From Geosiphon pyriformis uo1 (Eukaryota > Fungi > Glomeromycota): a DNA stretch of 64,000 bases. Numbering within the stretch: position 1 is the first letter of the stretch; every line of letters begins with the position of its first letter. The DNA lies in NCBI GenBank assembly GCA_016748015.1, contig JAAOMT010000176.1:395277-459276 (forward strand). The letters are read 5' to 3'. The translations under genes were made by a program, and so were the position numbers. The notes below the pieces were generated by a model. That model was given only the letters and a program-made list of their open reading frames with translations. It was not told the DNA's origin and ran no database searches. Below, piece after piece: positions 1 through 13,235 of this stretch.

Positions 1-49
1 AATAAAAAAATGTGAGAAAAATTTAGAGTTCTAAGATATTCATTAGTAC

Positions 50-840
50 CTTTGGTGCTCATTAATAAATTAACTGATTCTATAACATCTATGAATGCTT
101 CATTTTTTCTATATTTAATGTCGGATCGACGCCATCCAGTAGCACCAGTAGCCTGAATCGTAATTCTCGATGAAGCTTCTGCCTAAAGGGAAAGTCCAAA
201 ATGGTAACAGGGAAATTGAGAAAATCGCAGCTAACAGAATACAATGACAATCAATAATTTTACCAAAGCACGCTCCGTTTTGACTCCTTCAGTTGTGATA
301 TACATTTTCAAAGTGTCCGCCTCACTGTTTTGGGGGTACCCAAAATCTAACACCTCTAGAATAATCAGCGTCAGTTTTAAAGAAAATCCAAAAAGCAAAA
401 CACAAAAAGAGTGGGGAAGAACTTACCATCTAAAAGCTCGTAAATCAGTACAAAATTATTTTTGACCGACTCTTCATCAAACTTACCAAAATAACTTTTC
501 CCAATGTTCACTACCCGATAGCAAAACTCAAAAACTAAGGCTGCGTTTGCGTTACATTTTGTTACAGCAACAACATATAAGTTTTCGTGCCGTACATGAA
601 AAAAAGAGGTGGACCCAAGTGTAATTATTGGAGAGCGAACATCAGTATTTGAGATCACTTGGATTCGAAAGATGTCTGCAACTGATCGTCTGAGAACGCG
701 AACGCAAACGTAAACAATCAGAAAAGAAACTATTTGAGATGTAGATGTGGGTAGAAGAATACTAACTTCAAATCATGCCGATAAAGACGAGATATTAAAA
801 CCTCGCCCTTTTGATTGTAAATAAAAAATGCGCTAATCAT
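50..840 (-). CDS. APM4: AP-2 adaptor complex mu subunit, 5' part (exons 840-767, 689-427, 355-264, 182-50; gene continues left of the window)
   Basis: Spliced translation [63 protein letters not shown]...[23 protein letters not shown]...[23 protein letters not shown] with GT-AG introns; typical mu2 (AP2M1/Apm4) sequence. Confidence 0.95.
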
Positions 841-1536
841 TGTTCTTAAAATCGAGCTTCAGAAAGACAAGAGGTAGGCAAGAATTTGAGGTCTGCCCAA
901 TACCACCAAACTTGTGCCATGGTTTGTTGATCTACAACCTTTATTGGCTAATTATTGGGGTTTATTCACAATATTAATTTACGATAATCGTCCTCTAGAT
1001 TTTTGATTATAATATACAGTGAGTGGTTGAAGGAGGTGCTATTTTTATAAGCTGCTTCCATTGTTAGGCAATTCTCGCAATGAATTCTAACAGTTTCACA
1101 GCAAGATGGTAAATTTGTAGTGCGAGAATCGCAGATCCCTTTGGCTTTCAAGTCTTTACTCCAAAAATCCCTGGTAAAAAGGGTACCCTGAGGATCGCTT
1201 TTGGCAGAATGTTGCCTTAGCAAAGCCGTTAAGATCCACGTATTCCCATTAATAAATAATTTAGAAAGAAATGAGAAGATCAATCTTACACATTGCTTCT
1301 AATAAAAAGTTTCAGGCTCATGAGTCCACTTGTGGTCGCACGAATGTAGATTTTCACATAGTGCGAAACACAAAACGTCTTGGTAGGCCCAATTAAAGTT
1401 AAAGAAAAAAGGTTACTCATCTAAAGGTTTATAGATTAAATGTTAGTTCTAATCGAATAGAAGAAAGAGAGAGATATATATATATATATAAAAACGTATA
1501 TTTTCAAAAAGCTTCTTGACCTCAATTAGAAAATTA

Positions 1537-3977
1537 TTACCGAGGAGGATTTGTCTCGGTTGACGGTCCTGCAGAAGGTCTTTCAGGGAGAGTATGGCGC
1601 TGACGATTATTTTTCCGGGAACCATTACGATCTCCGTTTCTAACACGATCTCGATCACGCGAGCGATTTCGCTTTTGGGTGTTTCGTTCTCTACGAGGCC
1701 GAGAATTTTCGGTTCCTGATTCAACACGAGAAGATCTACGACCATCCTCTTGTTGAGCTATTTTTTTATACTTCCTAAGATCGTATTCATGAGAATCTTC
1801 ATATGCTGGGAGACTAGAAAAATTTAAGCTTTTACTCATTTGAAACTGCAATTAAAACAGCGTAGTTTGAGAAAACTTACTCTTTCGGGTCCGAGGGCAA
1901 TGGGTCAGTCCAAAAGTAGTCATCATCAAGGGCGCTAAATGCGGTCAATCGATTGGATGGATTCAAGACTAATAACTGATCTAATAATTTTGCAGCCTTC
2001 GTTCCATAACTTTAAATCATCGATGCAACTAATATTAGTGAGATTCAGATATAGTGTACAGTATTATTCGTTAAAATTTTTAACATACCTATCATATTCT
2101 GACCTGACAACTCTTTGATAATTACCCGGTGCCTTTACGTCTTTAGACAAAGGGAGTTCTTTCCAATTTGGCCAGGATTCTTCGGTTGGGGAGCCACAAA
2201 GTTGAAATATGATTTCCAATTGGTCGAAATCCGATCGTCCCGGAAGAATAGGTTTTCCTTTTAACATTTCTGCAAAAACACATCTAAAAACCAATAAAAT
2301 GAAGCCGAGCAGAAAATTGCAATGAATTGGTAGAGATTTGCAGAGAAAATGAAGACAGAAAAGCAGATTCAATACCCGACTGCCCACATGTCGATGGCCG
2401 TAGTGTATCTTTTTTCGCCAAGTAAAAGTTCGGGTGGTCGATACCAGCGGGTTACAACACAGCCGGTTAATGATTTATCTTGCATTGGTCGAGATAGACC
2501 GAAATCTGCTATTTTTAAGATTCCTTGATTGTTTATTAACAAATTGGCGGCTAATTAAGAAAAATAAGGCTAAGTGAATGTTATAAATCTTAATTTTAAA
2601 GAACATAGGCAATAGGTTCCGAATACTAAATACCTTTCATGTCCCTGTGCAAAATTCGGTTTTGATGGAGATAAAAAGTACCTTCCAAAAGTTGTTTAAG
2701 ATAGCATTTGATTTGAGCTTCACTGAATTGAACGTTAGGATTTTCTAATAGACCTGCGAGGTCATGATCCATGTATGGAAAAACCATGTATATTGAAGGT
2801 GACACTTCGGCGTCGGTGGCTAGCAAAGAAGCCTCATTAGATAAATTTATAAGGGGTTTGAGCTTGAAAATATTTTTAAAAAGAATAAAAATTTACACTC
2901 GCTGTATCGGATAGCAAGATCATTTAGGCTAATGACATTTGCGTGATTAAGTTGTCGTAAAATTTTTATTTCGCGTATTGCAGTTATTGGAATTCCCTCT
3001 TTTTCGTTATGCATTATGATTCTTTTGAGAGCCACGACATTCCCGGTCACATTATGCATACCTTTATGAACCTCACTTTTGAATTGATACGTCAAAACCG
3101 ATGATAATTATATAGATTAATAAAAAATCAGGCACTTAGCGGGAAAATTTCGGAATTATTAAGGGCTTCAGTACCCAAAGGTCCCTTCCCCAAGCTTATT
3201 GAGTATTGTGTAATCGGTAATTGATGAACATCCAGCAAAAGGATGATCCCTGCCTTGCAAAAACGAGTCACATTCATGTTTAGCGTAGACCGAAGTGTAA
3301 AAAGAACACCCTCCAAATACTCACGGATATTCATGATGTTCTAGTGGGAATGGCTCTATATCAGGACGCGGAGTAGAAGGTGCGTATGGAGAGGGGGATC
3401 CAGATGAAGGATAGCCGCCATTTTGTTCTGGACCAATCGGTGAATAGGATGAGGATTGGAAACGATTATCTCCATTTATTCTTGGAGTCACAGGTTGAGA
3501 GGGCGGACTCAAATGTTGATCAGGTGAATTCGATGAATCAGATAACTTTGCATCATAAATATTAATTGGGGAAAAAGAAGAGGGCGAAAGATTGACCCTA
3601 CTTGCTGCAGCTGGAGTGGAATGAGGTTGAGGTGTGGTGGAGCTATTGTATCCATCTTGTATTGGACTGTGAAAGCGATAAGGGCTTTCAGGCCTCGACT
3701 CTTCAATAACATCTTGCATTTCCTCTTGAATTTCTTCTGGCTCTTGCTGAAAGTCTAATTGTTCGTCAAATTCAGAATTGACCACTTCTGGGGCTGAACC
3801 ATAATCGTCCTCCCCCTCTTTCCCTGCTTGTAATGATAGTTCGTTTTCAATCATATTACTTTCGGCTTCTGCTTGTGTTTCAGTTTCAACTGTAGGGTTT
3901 AAATCGAGCTCTATATTTCCTGTTCCATCTTCCAAATCGTTTTCGGCGTAAATTGGTGGGGTAAGTTCGTCGTCCAT
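1537..3977 (-). CDS. BUR1: Cdk9/Bur1(Sgv1)-family cyclin-dependent kinase, about 8 exons, with acidic/Ser-Pro-rich N-terminus and Arg-rich C-terminus
   Basis: Motifs [88 protein letters not shown] across GT-AG introns. An alternative last intron could move the stop to ~1417 without changing the protein end. Confidence 0.9.
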
Positions 3978-4129
3978 AATTTAGAAAAAAGAACAAAACT
4001 CGATTGTGGATATTTGGTTTCAAATAATTCTTGTGAATTTTTGTTGATCTCTGATGAAGTTCCAATAACAGATAGAATTGAACTGTATATCACAAATATT
4101 TAAATATCACAATTTCCAAAATGCTTAAA

Positions 4130-4626
4130 GAACTGCATCTTTAATTAATGTTGTAATTATAAGTACACTAAAAAACTATATTTTTTATTGAAATTTGTTT
4201 TAAAATTAATTATATTTCCTTAATCAAAAAATTATTATATTTAATTATTGAAAAATTGAAAAATATTATTTTAATAAAAAATTAAAATAATAAAGTTTTT
4301 TTAAATTAAAATTTTTTTATTTTATATAAAATAAATTACTTGTTTATTTATTTATTTCTTAATTATTATTAATTATTTAATAAATAATTATATTATTTTA
4401 CTTTAAAAAATTCAAATAAATAAAAAAATTATATTATTAATTTGTATTTAAAATTTAATTTTTATAAATATTTTAATTTAAAGTTTTTTAAAAAGTTTAA
4501 TATTAATAAAAATTAAACAAAATTTGATTTTTTTCATTTTTAAATTTTTATAATTCAATTAAAATAAAAAATTAAATATTTTTTTATTATTTTTAATAAT
4601 TTTAATATTAAAAAAAATCTTTTTAA
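4130..4626. other. Extremely AT-rich tract starting just upstream of the kinase gene
   Basis: Almost no C or G over ~500 bp; probably decayed repeat DNA. Confidence 0.7.
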
Positions 4627-5540
4627 AAATAAAAACAATTATTTAGAATGTTAGTACAAATAACAAACTTATAATTTGGTCCTTAATAGCTTAATGCTAT
4701 TAATAATTTCTGAAGATTTTTGTGATCTGAAAGTTTTGGTTGAGTTTTTTGTATAATAAACAGAGATTCAATAATTGTTTTAGTACTCTCTTAGAAACTT
4801 ATTCTGTGAATTTTTTTTTTAGCATGGTGACTAGTTTATTTTAATAGTTGTGTTCTTCTGATAAGCTATTTTTAAATTTTTATCCTTGTTTTACAGGTTT
4901 TTTATCAGGCTATCTTTAATATTAATAACTCAGTACTTAATCTCTTTAATCAGTTTAATAAACAACAAAAAATAAAGCAAAAAAAATAAAAATAAAAATA
5001 AAAAAAACAAAAAAAAACAAAAAATTAATATCCTATCAATAGCCATAATTAAGAATTATTGGTCTAGTATAATTAAGTATTGAATTCTATCAATATAAAG
5101 TATTAATAGAATAAAAATAATGAATATTTTTTAATTAGACAATAATAATATAGATTCAAGTAATAATTGGTATTTTATTAATATGTAATTGATTCTATTT
5201 TAAATTATAAAAAACTATCTTTTGAAAGAAAGGATATTGAATAGTTAATTAATTATTGAGATTGATTTTGAATTGAATTCTGTTTTTTTCTGCTTTTAAT
5301 ACTCTTACTATATATATATAATTAATGTTATATAAGATTCCTTGAATTTCTTGAATTCTTTTAATTCTTCTAATCAAAAATCTTGAAATTCCTAGAATTT
5401 TGTAATTTCTTGAGAAAAATCCTGAAATTTCTGGAATTTTGCAATTTCTTAAGAGAAATTCTGAAATTTTTTTTTACTATGCCTATTTTTAATTGGCTAA
5501 TTTATATTTCTATGAAATTTTCAAATTTTTTTGAGTAACA
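4627..5540 (-). mobile_element. Degenerate solo LTR, Gypsy family A (left end approximate)
   Basis: Reverse-complement similarity to LTR 10790-11652 (U3 gaattc/ggaatt repeats, attggct CCAAT); ends ...gagtaaca at 5540. Confidence 0.75.
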
Positions 5541-6573
5541 ACAGCATTTTTTTAAAGTATTTTTTCTAAGTATTAAAGCCATAAAACAGTTTTTAATTGT
5601 TAAAAAAAAATTTTGGCTTTAAATAAAAGTTTTTTTTAATTTTAAAATTTTTTTAAATATTTAATTAAAATTAAAATTAATATAATTTTGGCTTTAAATA
5701 AAAATTTTTTGAGTAAATAATTTTTATTTTGATATTTAATAAAACATTTAAAATTAAATAATTTCTTTTTTTTCTATATTTAAATTTACTAAAAAAAATT
5801 AATTTATTAAAAAAATTTTTTTAACTATTTAGTACAATAAATTCAAACTATTTTTGCTCAATTATAAAACTACTATTGCCTATAATATTGTTGTTATAAA
5901 GAAATCTATTGGAAATTTTGGCTCTAATATTGTTAATAAACCTATTCTATCAAAAAAAAAAGAAAAAGTGGTGTTTTAGAAAATAATATCAATGACAAAA
6001 AAGTTTTTACTAAAAAATTGAGTAACTGCTTTTGGAATTTAAATACTGATAATACTATAAAGTCTAATAATATTGACATAAAAAAAAGTATTTAGTAAAA
6101 AAAATGCTTTTGAAAAGGAAAATTCTAATTAAACACCAAAAGATTTATAAATAAAAACCAAAAAAGATTTAAAGAAGTTATTAAGAAAAATCAATTTTTT
6201 TAAGTAATAATAACAATGATGTTTTATTGGATGCTTTACTAATTTTTTTTTTCACTTTTAAAAAATTTAGTAAGTGTTTTTGTTAGAAAATCATTTATTT
6301 TAAATATTGGCTTAGATAAGATAGTTAAAAAGTTTTCTCAAAAAAAGCTTATAGTAATTAAGAAGTTATTTTTAGAAATCAATTGTTTTAAAAGAACTTT
6401 AACTCTCTTAAAGTTTGTTGAAATTATCAGAATGATATTTATTTTGAAATCAAGTCTGACACAAGTTTTTGAAAAAATTAGAAGTGCAAAAATTTTAATA
6501 AATACCAATATCAAAAAATCTACTAAATAATTAAATTAAACTACAATAATAAAAAAAATTTCAGTTGGTATAT

Positions 6574-7509
6574 TGTTACTAATAGAATTTTAGTCATTAA
6601 ATTAGCATAAAATTACTTTATTAATAATTAGCATATATTAATATTATTTTAATTATCACTTATTATATTAATCAAATTATTGAATATTACTATTTAATTA
6701 ATAATCCAATTTGTATAATAAAAATTAGAATAATTAAATAACACAAGAATCCAAACTTTGTAAAATTTAAAAATTTGCAAAATATCTTAATAATTTACCA
6801 AAATTAGTCATAATTTGTAAAAACAATTTATAGTTTATCAAAATATATCTTTAGTTTATCAAAATGATAGCAAAAAGAAAAGTTCAAGTTCATAAATTAG
6901 TATTATAACAAGTTATATAAAAGAAAAACTTTTCTCTTTAAGAAAATATATCTTACTTAAAATTATTTTATTTTTAATATATATTTATTATTATCATTCA
7001 AATAAAAACATATTTTAAAAAAACAATTTTCTAATCATTTGTACTTAAAATTTCTCAAAATTCAATTAATATTTTGAAATTAATTAGCTACCAATTTTAA
7101 TAATCTATTAATGATACCAGACTTAAATAAAAAATGATTCTCTTGATAAAATCTTTTTTTTTTTACAATTTTTTTATTTTATTTTATTTTTTTATTATAA
7201 TTATTAAAATAGTCTACAAATAAAATTTCTGTAGAAGAATTGACTTTTATTGCAAAGTAACTACATATTTTAATAAGCCTTCAAATAAGCAATTTTTGAA
7301 AAAAAGTTGATATTTACTACAATATAATTATATAAAATAACTGGCATAAAATTGGTTATTTTATTTATAAGTTCAGTAGTTCAAATTATAAAAGATAATT
7401 TAAAAATAAATTCAGTTATTGAAGGTTTAACTATTTTCAAAAAATATAAACTTACAACAAATAAATATTAATAGCATTCAAAAAAAAAGACTTAAAACCT
7501 CCAATAACA
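6574..7509 (+). mobile_element. Solo LTR, Gypsy family B, in LINE ORF1
   Basis: tgttac...taaca termini; similar to 45515-46481 and to the reverse complement of 25441-26422; flanks ATAT/ACAT. Confidence 0.85.
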
Positions 7510-7989
7510 ACATTAACCAAAACTGTGCATACAGCACTGTTTGGATTTGGATTAATTAAGTTAATTAAAATGCAATTGGTAGGAATATGACAAAAAGCTG
7601 TAGTGAAATTTAACCAATCTGATCAGATTAATTTGATTACAACAAAATAGTTTATTCTAATTGAAAAGAATACTATACAAATTGCCAAAACAGATAAAAA
7701 CAAAAAATATTGGAATATAAGAGACAATTACAAAACATTGTTTTATACTCTTTTAGTAAAAACAAATACTTATAATATCTGGAATTTCATTGAATTAATT
7801 GGTAAGAAAACATGTATTATTAATTATTATTTAGTTATATATGTTAAGACCAGATATATAGTTATTTGTTTTGATTTTTCTGAATCATTGAATGCTATTA
7901 TGAAAATTACATCAATGCTAAAAGACATCAATCTATACTAGTCTCATTTAAACTTTGCTAAATGTATAAAATATAAAAACTTAGACCAT

Positions 7990-8887
7990 TGTTACAGATG
8001 ATTATTTGGGGTCTTAAATCAAATAACAAATCCATAACTTGGTGTTCAATGGATATAATAATGTTGGTAATTTCTGAAAGTGTGTTTTTCTGAAGGTTTT
8101 GGTTGAGTTTTTTGTATAATAGACAGAAATTTAATTGATAGTTTTATTCATAGCTTTCCAAAACTGCAGTTTCGTCAATTTTTTTTTCAGTGTAATGACC
8201 AGTAATCTTCCTAGTAAGATATTCTCAATTTCGAGTGTCTATCCTTATTCCTGGGTCTTTTACCAGTGCTATATCCTGACATTAATACCTCTGCATATAA
8301 ATTTTTTTAATCAAGTTTAACAAACAACAAAAAAAATAAAGCAAGAAAAAAAAATAAAAAAAATAAAAAAAAATAAGCCAAGGCAATTTGCATATTAGTA
8401 TTCCATCAATAGTCATGATCAAGAGCTATTGTTCTAGTGTAGTTAAGTATTAATTACTATCAACACTTTATGTTGATAGTAAAGAGTAGATTGAGATAAT
8501 GAATAATTATTTATTGATATTTGTAAATGGAATGTTACTTAAATCAAATCTAAACTGAGAGATCTCTAAGTCTAATTAACTCTGAGAGTTCTGTTAACTC
8601 AGAGTCTTCTTGACTAATTTTCTAGCTTTTAATACTACTGCTATATATACATAAATTTTATTGTACAAGATTTCTTGAATTCTTCAATTCTCTAGCCAGA
8701 AATCCTGCAATTTTTTTGAGAGGAATTCTAAAATTCTGGAATTCTGCAATTTCTTGTATGAAAATCCTGAAATTCCTGGAATTCTGCAATTTCTCTGAGA
8801 AGAATTCTAGAATTCTACTTTTACTACATTTATTCTAATTGGCTAATTTATGTACTAATATTTAATTCCTATATTCTATGAGTAATA
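7990..8887 (-). mobile_element. Solo LTR, Gypsy family A, in LINE ORF1
   Basis: Starts tgttacagatgattatttgggg (reverse complement of the family A LTR end), ends gagtaata; flanks CCAT/CTAT. Confidence 0.88.
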
Positions 8888-10789
8888 CTATATATCTTTA
8901 AACTGTGCTATAAATAAAAATGTTTTTTCTGGTAAATTATTTTATAGAGTGTTTTCTAAAGTAAATAAAAGCAGACTGGCTGCTATTTATGCCAAGTAAT
9001 CAACTTTTATAGCTTGTTTAGTGTTTTTTGGTGGTGTTTTTTGGACAAAAATTGTTAATAAGTCTTTATTTTCTTCTCTTTTAATGCAAAATAGTTCTTT
9101 AAGTCTTGGCTTATCTTTGAAGATAAAGCTTTTTCCACTTGTTTTAAAAGAAGTGAATAACAGATTTGCTACTTTTAAATACAGTCTCATTAGTCTTATA
9201 AAGCAAGTTGATAAGCTGGCTAAAAAGTTGAATACACTTGAACTAATGTTTCCCAATCTAGTTTTGGATGTTAGTCATTGGTAATTTTATTATTACAGAA
9301 TTAAAGAGCAGATATAGTAATAAGTAAAGATTTAAGTATAATTATTAATAGTAAAACTATTATAAAAGTGATATTTTTAGATCAGTCAATAATTTCTAAG
9401 TTGAAAAACAGTTTGCAAAGTTTTTCAAATACAGTTCTAAATTTTTTAGCCAGAGCAAATAATATTGGTTTAGATTTGAGATTACATTTTTTTTAATGAC
9501 CAATTTTGTTTAAAAAATTGTTATATACAATATTTAAGATATCAATGTTTTTACTAAGCAGAAAAATATTATTTATTAACATAAAAGTACTGAATATTTG
9601 ATTTTAATTGTCATAAAAACTAAGTTAAGATCTAATTGCAGGTCTTAAATAATAAACAAATTTAATAGAATTCGGGTTTTTGTTTTAAGACTAGATAAGA
9701 ACTTTTTAAGTACTAATATAACAATAATTATGAATGTTTTTTTGGCTTATTATGTGGCCAAAATTAAAAAAATTCTGGACTATTTGATCTTAGTTCAACT
9801 ACTTTTTAAGAATAAGTTTTTGGTTATAGTTTTGGGTTTGTATATATGTGCTTCTATGGCAGCACAAGTTAAACAAATAATAAAAATAAATACAATTGTT
9901 GCTGAGATTATGATTTTTAGTTCTTTCATAATTGTTGGTAGAAATTTCAATAAAAATAGTTTTGGTAAGAATTTAAGCTCTAAGTTGTGTTCAAGTTTGG
10001 ATCTAATTAATGTTTTTAAGAATTAGTTTTTGCTTAAGATGCTTATATAGAACAATTTAAGAGAGGCTGCAAAAATTATTGACTATTTATTTATAAGTGA
10101 AAATTTTTTATTTTCAATGACTAAACAGATAGTTGTTAATATTTTTAAGTTCTTTGACATAGACCACAAAGCTGTCTTGGTTTTGATTAGACTAGATAGT
10201 CTATTGAATATACAAATAGACATTATTTGGAAGCTGGATAACAAAAATGATTAGATGTTTAAAATTAAAGATGTAAATAACTTTAAGTGAATTGGCTTTA
10301 AGAATCACTTGTTATCTTTATTTTTTTGATAAAAAATAAATTTATTAATGCCAATAACAGTGGTAATTTAAATATAATATAAGAAATTTTACAGAATATA
10401 ATATTAAATTTGGCAGAAGGAATGTTTTTTAAGCAATAATACAATAAAGCAAAGTGCTTCTTTAATAAACAATTATTAAAATTTTATAAGTTAAAATTAT
10501 TAATTGCCAAGTTTGTTAAAGCTTTTAGTATTGAAGACAATATACAATTTGATTATTTTCTATAAGTCTGGCTAATTACTAATTATGAAAAAGTCTTGAA
10601 AATCCAAAGCTTGATTTAGGATAGTGTAAAATTAAATAACATTTTTTGTAGCTTTTCAAGGATCAAAAAAAGGTATCACAAATTTAAGTTATATAAATTA
10701 AGGATTACTAAAACTGCAGTCATCAATGTTGTAATAGAAAAAAAAATGGAAAATTTCTGTTTAAATAAGAGCCAAATAATTAAGAGCAT

Positions 10790-11652
10790 TGTTACTCATA
10801 AAATATAAGAAGTATATTAGCATATAAATTAGCCAATCAGAAGTAGCTGTAGTAAATGTGGAATTCCAAGATTTTTCTCAGGAGAAATTGCAGGATTCCA
10901 GGAATTTCAGGATTCTTGTACAAGAAATCACAGGATTTCAGAATTCCAGAATTCTTCTCAAAAGAAATTGCAGAATTTCAGAAATTCCAGGATTCCTGGT
11001 GTGAAGAATTAAGGAATTGAGGAATCTCAATTATGTATATATAGTAGTAGCATTAGAAATAAAAAAGACAGACCTCTCTGTTTAGATTTAAATCTAAGCA
11101 ATCTTCTACATCACAAATATCAATAAATAATTATTTACTATCTCCAATTTCACTCTTCATTATCAACACTTCATGTTAATAGCAATTAATACTTAATTAC
11201 ATTGAAACAATAGCTCTTGATCATGGCTATTTACAGGATACTAACTTGTATACTGTCTTGGCTTATTTCTTTATTTTCTTTTATTTTCTTTTTTTTATTT
11301 ATTTTTTTTATTTGATTTTATTGTTGTGCACTAATTGATTAAAGAAAATAATGTGCAGAGTTACTGACATTAAAGTAACTAGTAAAAAACCCAGGAATAA
11401 GAGTAGAACACTCAATTGAGGATAACTTATCAGGGAGAATACTGGCCATTACGCTGAAAAAAAAATTAACAAAACTGTGGTTTCAGAAAGCTACAGATAA
11501 ACACTATTGAATCTTTGTTTATTATACAAAGGACTCAACCAAAACCTTTAGATACAAACAACCTTCAGATAAAATTACCAATCAGAACATTAATTAAGCA
11601 CCAAGTTATGGGTTTGTTATTTGCTTTAAGACCCAAATAATCACCTGTAACA
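10790..11652 (+). repeat. 5' LTR of family A copy 1
   Basis: TG...CA termini; direct repeat of 30722-31608. Confidence 0.93.
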
Positions 11653-12292
11653 TTTGGTGCTTCCTATGAAGTACAATTCTATAGAGAACCAGCACCAACA
11701 ACAACCATCCAAACAGTGGCAGAATCTGAAGAAATAGGAACAAACCACTTGGAATTTGCAAAATCTTTATTCCAACATTATCACACCCATCTCAGATTAA
11801 CAAATAATAGTTGACCAACAGAATTAGCTTTCAATTGCTATGTCAATAAAAGAATAGTATATCACTTGGAAGACCAAAGAGATCCAAAATTTGCTTTTAA
11901 TAACTTCTTCAATGAATTGCTCCAAAGCACCACTTTTCCACAAAATCACTTATTTGCACTTCTAATTACAGAAGTAAATAGGAAAATTGAAAAATACACC
12001 AAACAGAGATTCTCTATCACGTTTGCTGACAAAGGAAAAAGAAGGTTACAAACACCAGCAGGAACACCAAAGCAAATCCAACTACCCACTTGAAAGAAAC
12101 AAAGATTTGATTTATTTGCTAATCCATCATATCACCACACACCCGGAAGCACTATTAATATAATAAACATAGCTACAACAAGTGCAACAACATCACTAAA
12201 TAGAATCCCATTCCAAAGTAAACAAAAGAAAGCAGAGTTATTAGGAACATATGGTGATTATTTCAAGAGATTTAAATCGCGATCTCCAATGC

Positions 12293-13235
12293 TATTATAA
12301 GTAATTATTTAGGGTCTCAAAGCAAATAACAAACCTGTAACTTGGTGCTCAATTAATATATTGTTGTTTTATTTAAAAGTTTTGTTATAGAATTTTTTGT
12401 ATAATAGACAGAAATTTACTATGATTGGTTTTGGTTGATTTCTCAAGTCATTTTCCCAATTTCTGTCTTCAGCATGGTGGCTGGTTTAATCTGGCAGTCG
12501 TGTCTTTCTGGTAAGCTATTCATTAATATATATAATTCTATTCTTATTTCTGGGTCTTTTACCAGGCTATCTTTGATGTTAATTATTCAGTGTTTAATCT
12601 CTTTAATCAATAGTAAATTAACAAACAAAAGAAAAGAAAAGAAAATAAAATAAAATAAAAAGAAAATAAGAAATTAGAAATAAGCCAAGGCAATTCAAGT
12701 TAGTATCCCATCAATAACCATGATCAAGAGCTATTGTTTCAGTGTAGTTAAGTGTTGGATTTTATTAACATGAAGTGTTGATAAATGGAAGAGTAATTAT
12801 ATTTTCAAACAAACAACAATAACATGAATTTGAAGAATTGGAGAGATCTTTTATTTATATAATTCCATTTCGGTTGATAACAACTATCCTTAAAATGAGA
12901 GTTAATAAATAGAAAAGAAAGGGGATTATTTTAAATTAATAAAACTCTATTGAATTCTCCAAAAATTCTTGAATTCTCTTGGAATTACTTTTTCTGCTTT
13001 TAACACTCTCACTATATATATATAATTTATGTTATATGAGATTCTGCACATTCGTGAACAATGTGTCTGTAATTTCTAACAATATGCTTATTGCTGAACA
13101 ATGTGCTGTGATTCTCTGACAATGCTTCACATTGCTGAGCAATGTGCTTATGTGCTAAATACTATTCTCTTATTGGTCTATTTTTCCTATTTGTTTTTTC
13201 TACTATTTTCTTGTATTCTTTTTCTATGAGTAACA
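12293..13235 (-). mobile_element. Solo LTR of a family A variant (different U3 repeats), inserted in gag
   Basis: Starts tattataagtaattattt (decayed tgttacaggtgattattt), ends gagtaaca; flanks ATGC/ACAC; gag resumes after 13239. Confidence 0.88.

Noticed and set aside
244-465. Short ORFs overlapping the two housekeeping genes (also 1449-1745, 3380-3565, 3509-3712)
   Set aside because: Antisense or alternate-frame shadows of real exons
966-1283. 105-aa minus-strand ORF between the two genes
   Set aside because: Non-ATG start and no recognisable motif; lies in the kinase 3' region and AP-2 mu promoter
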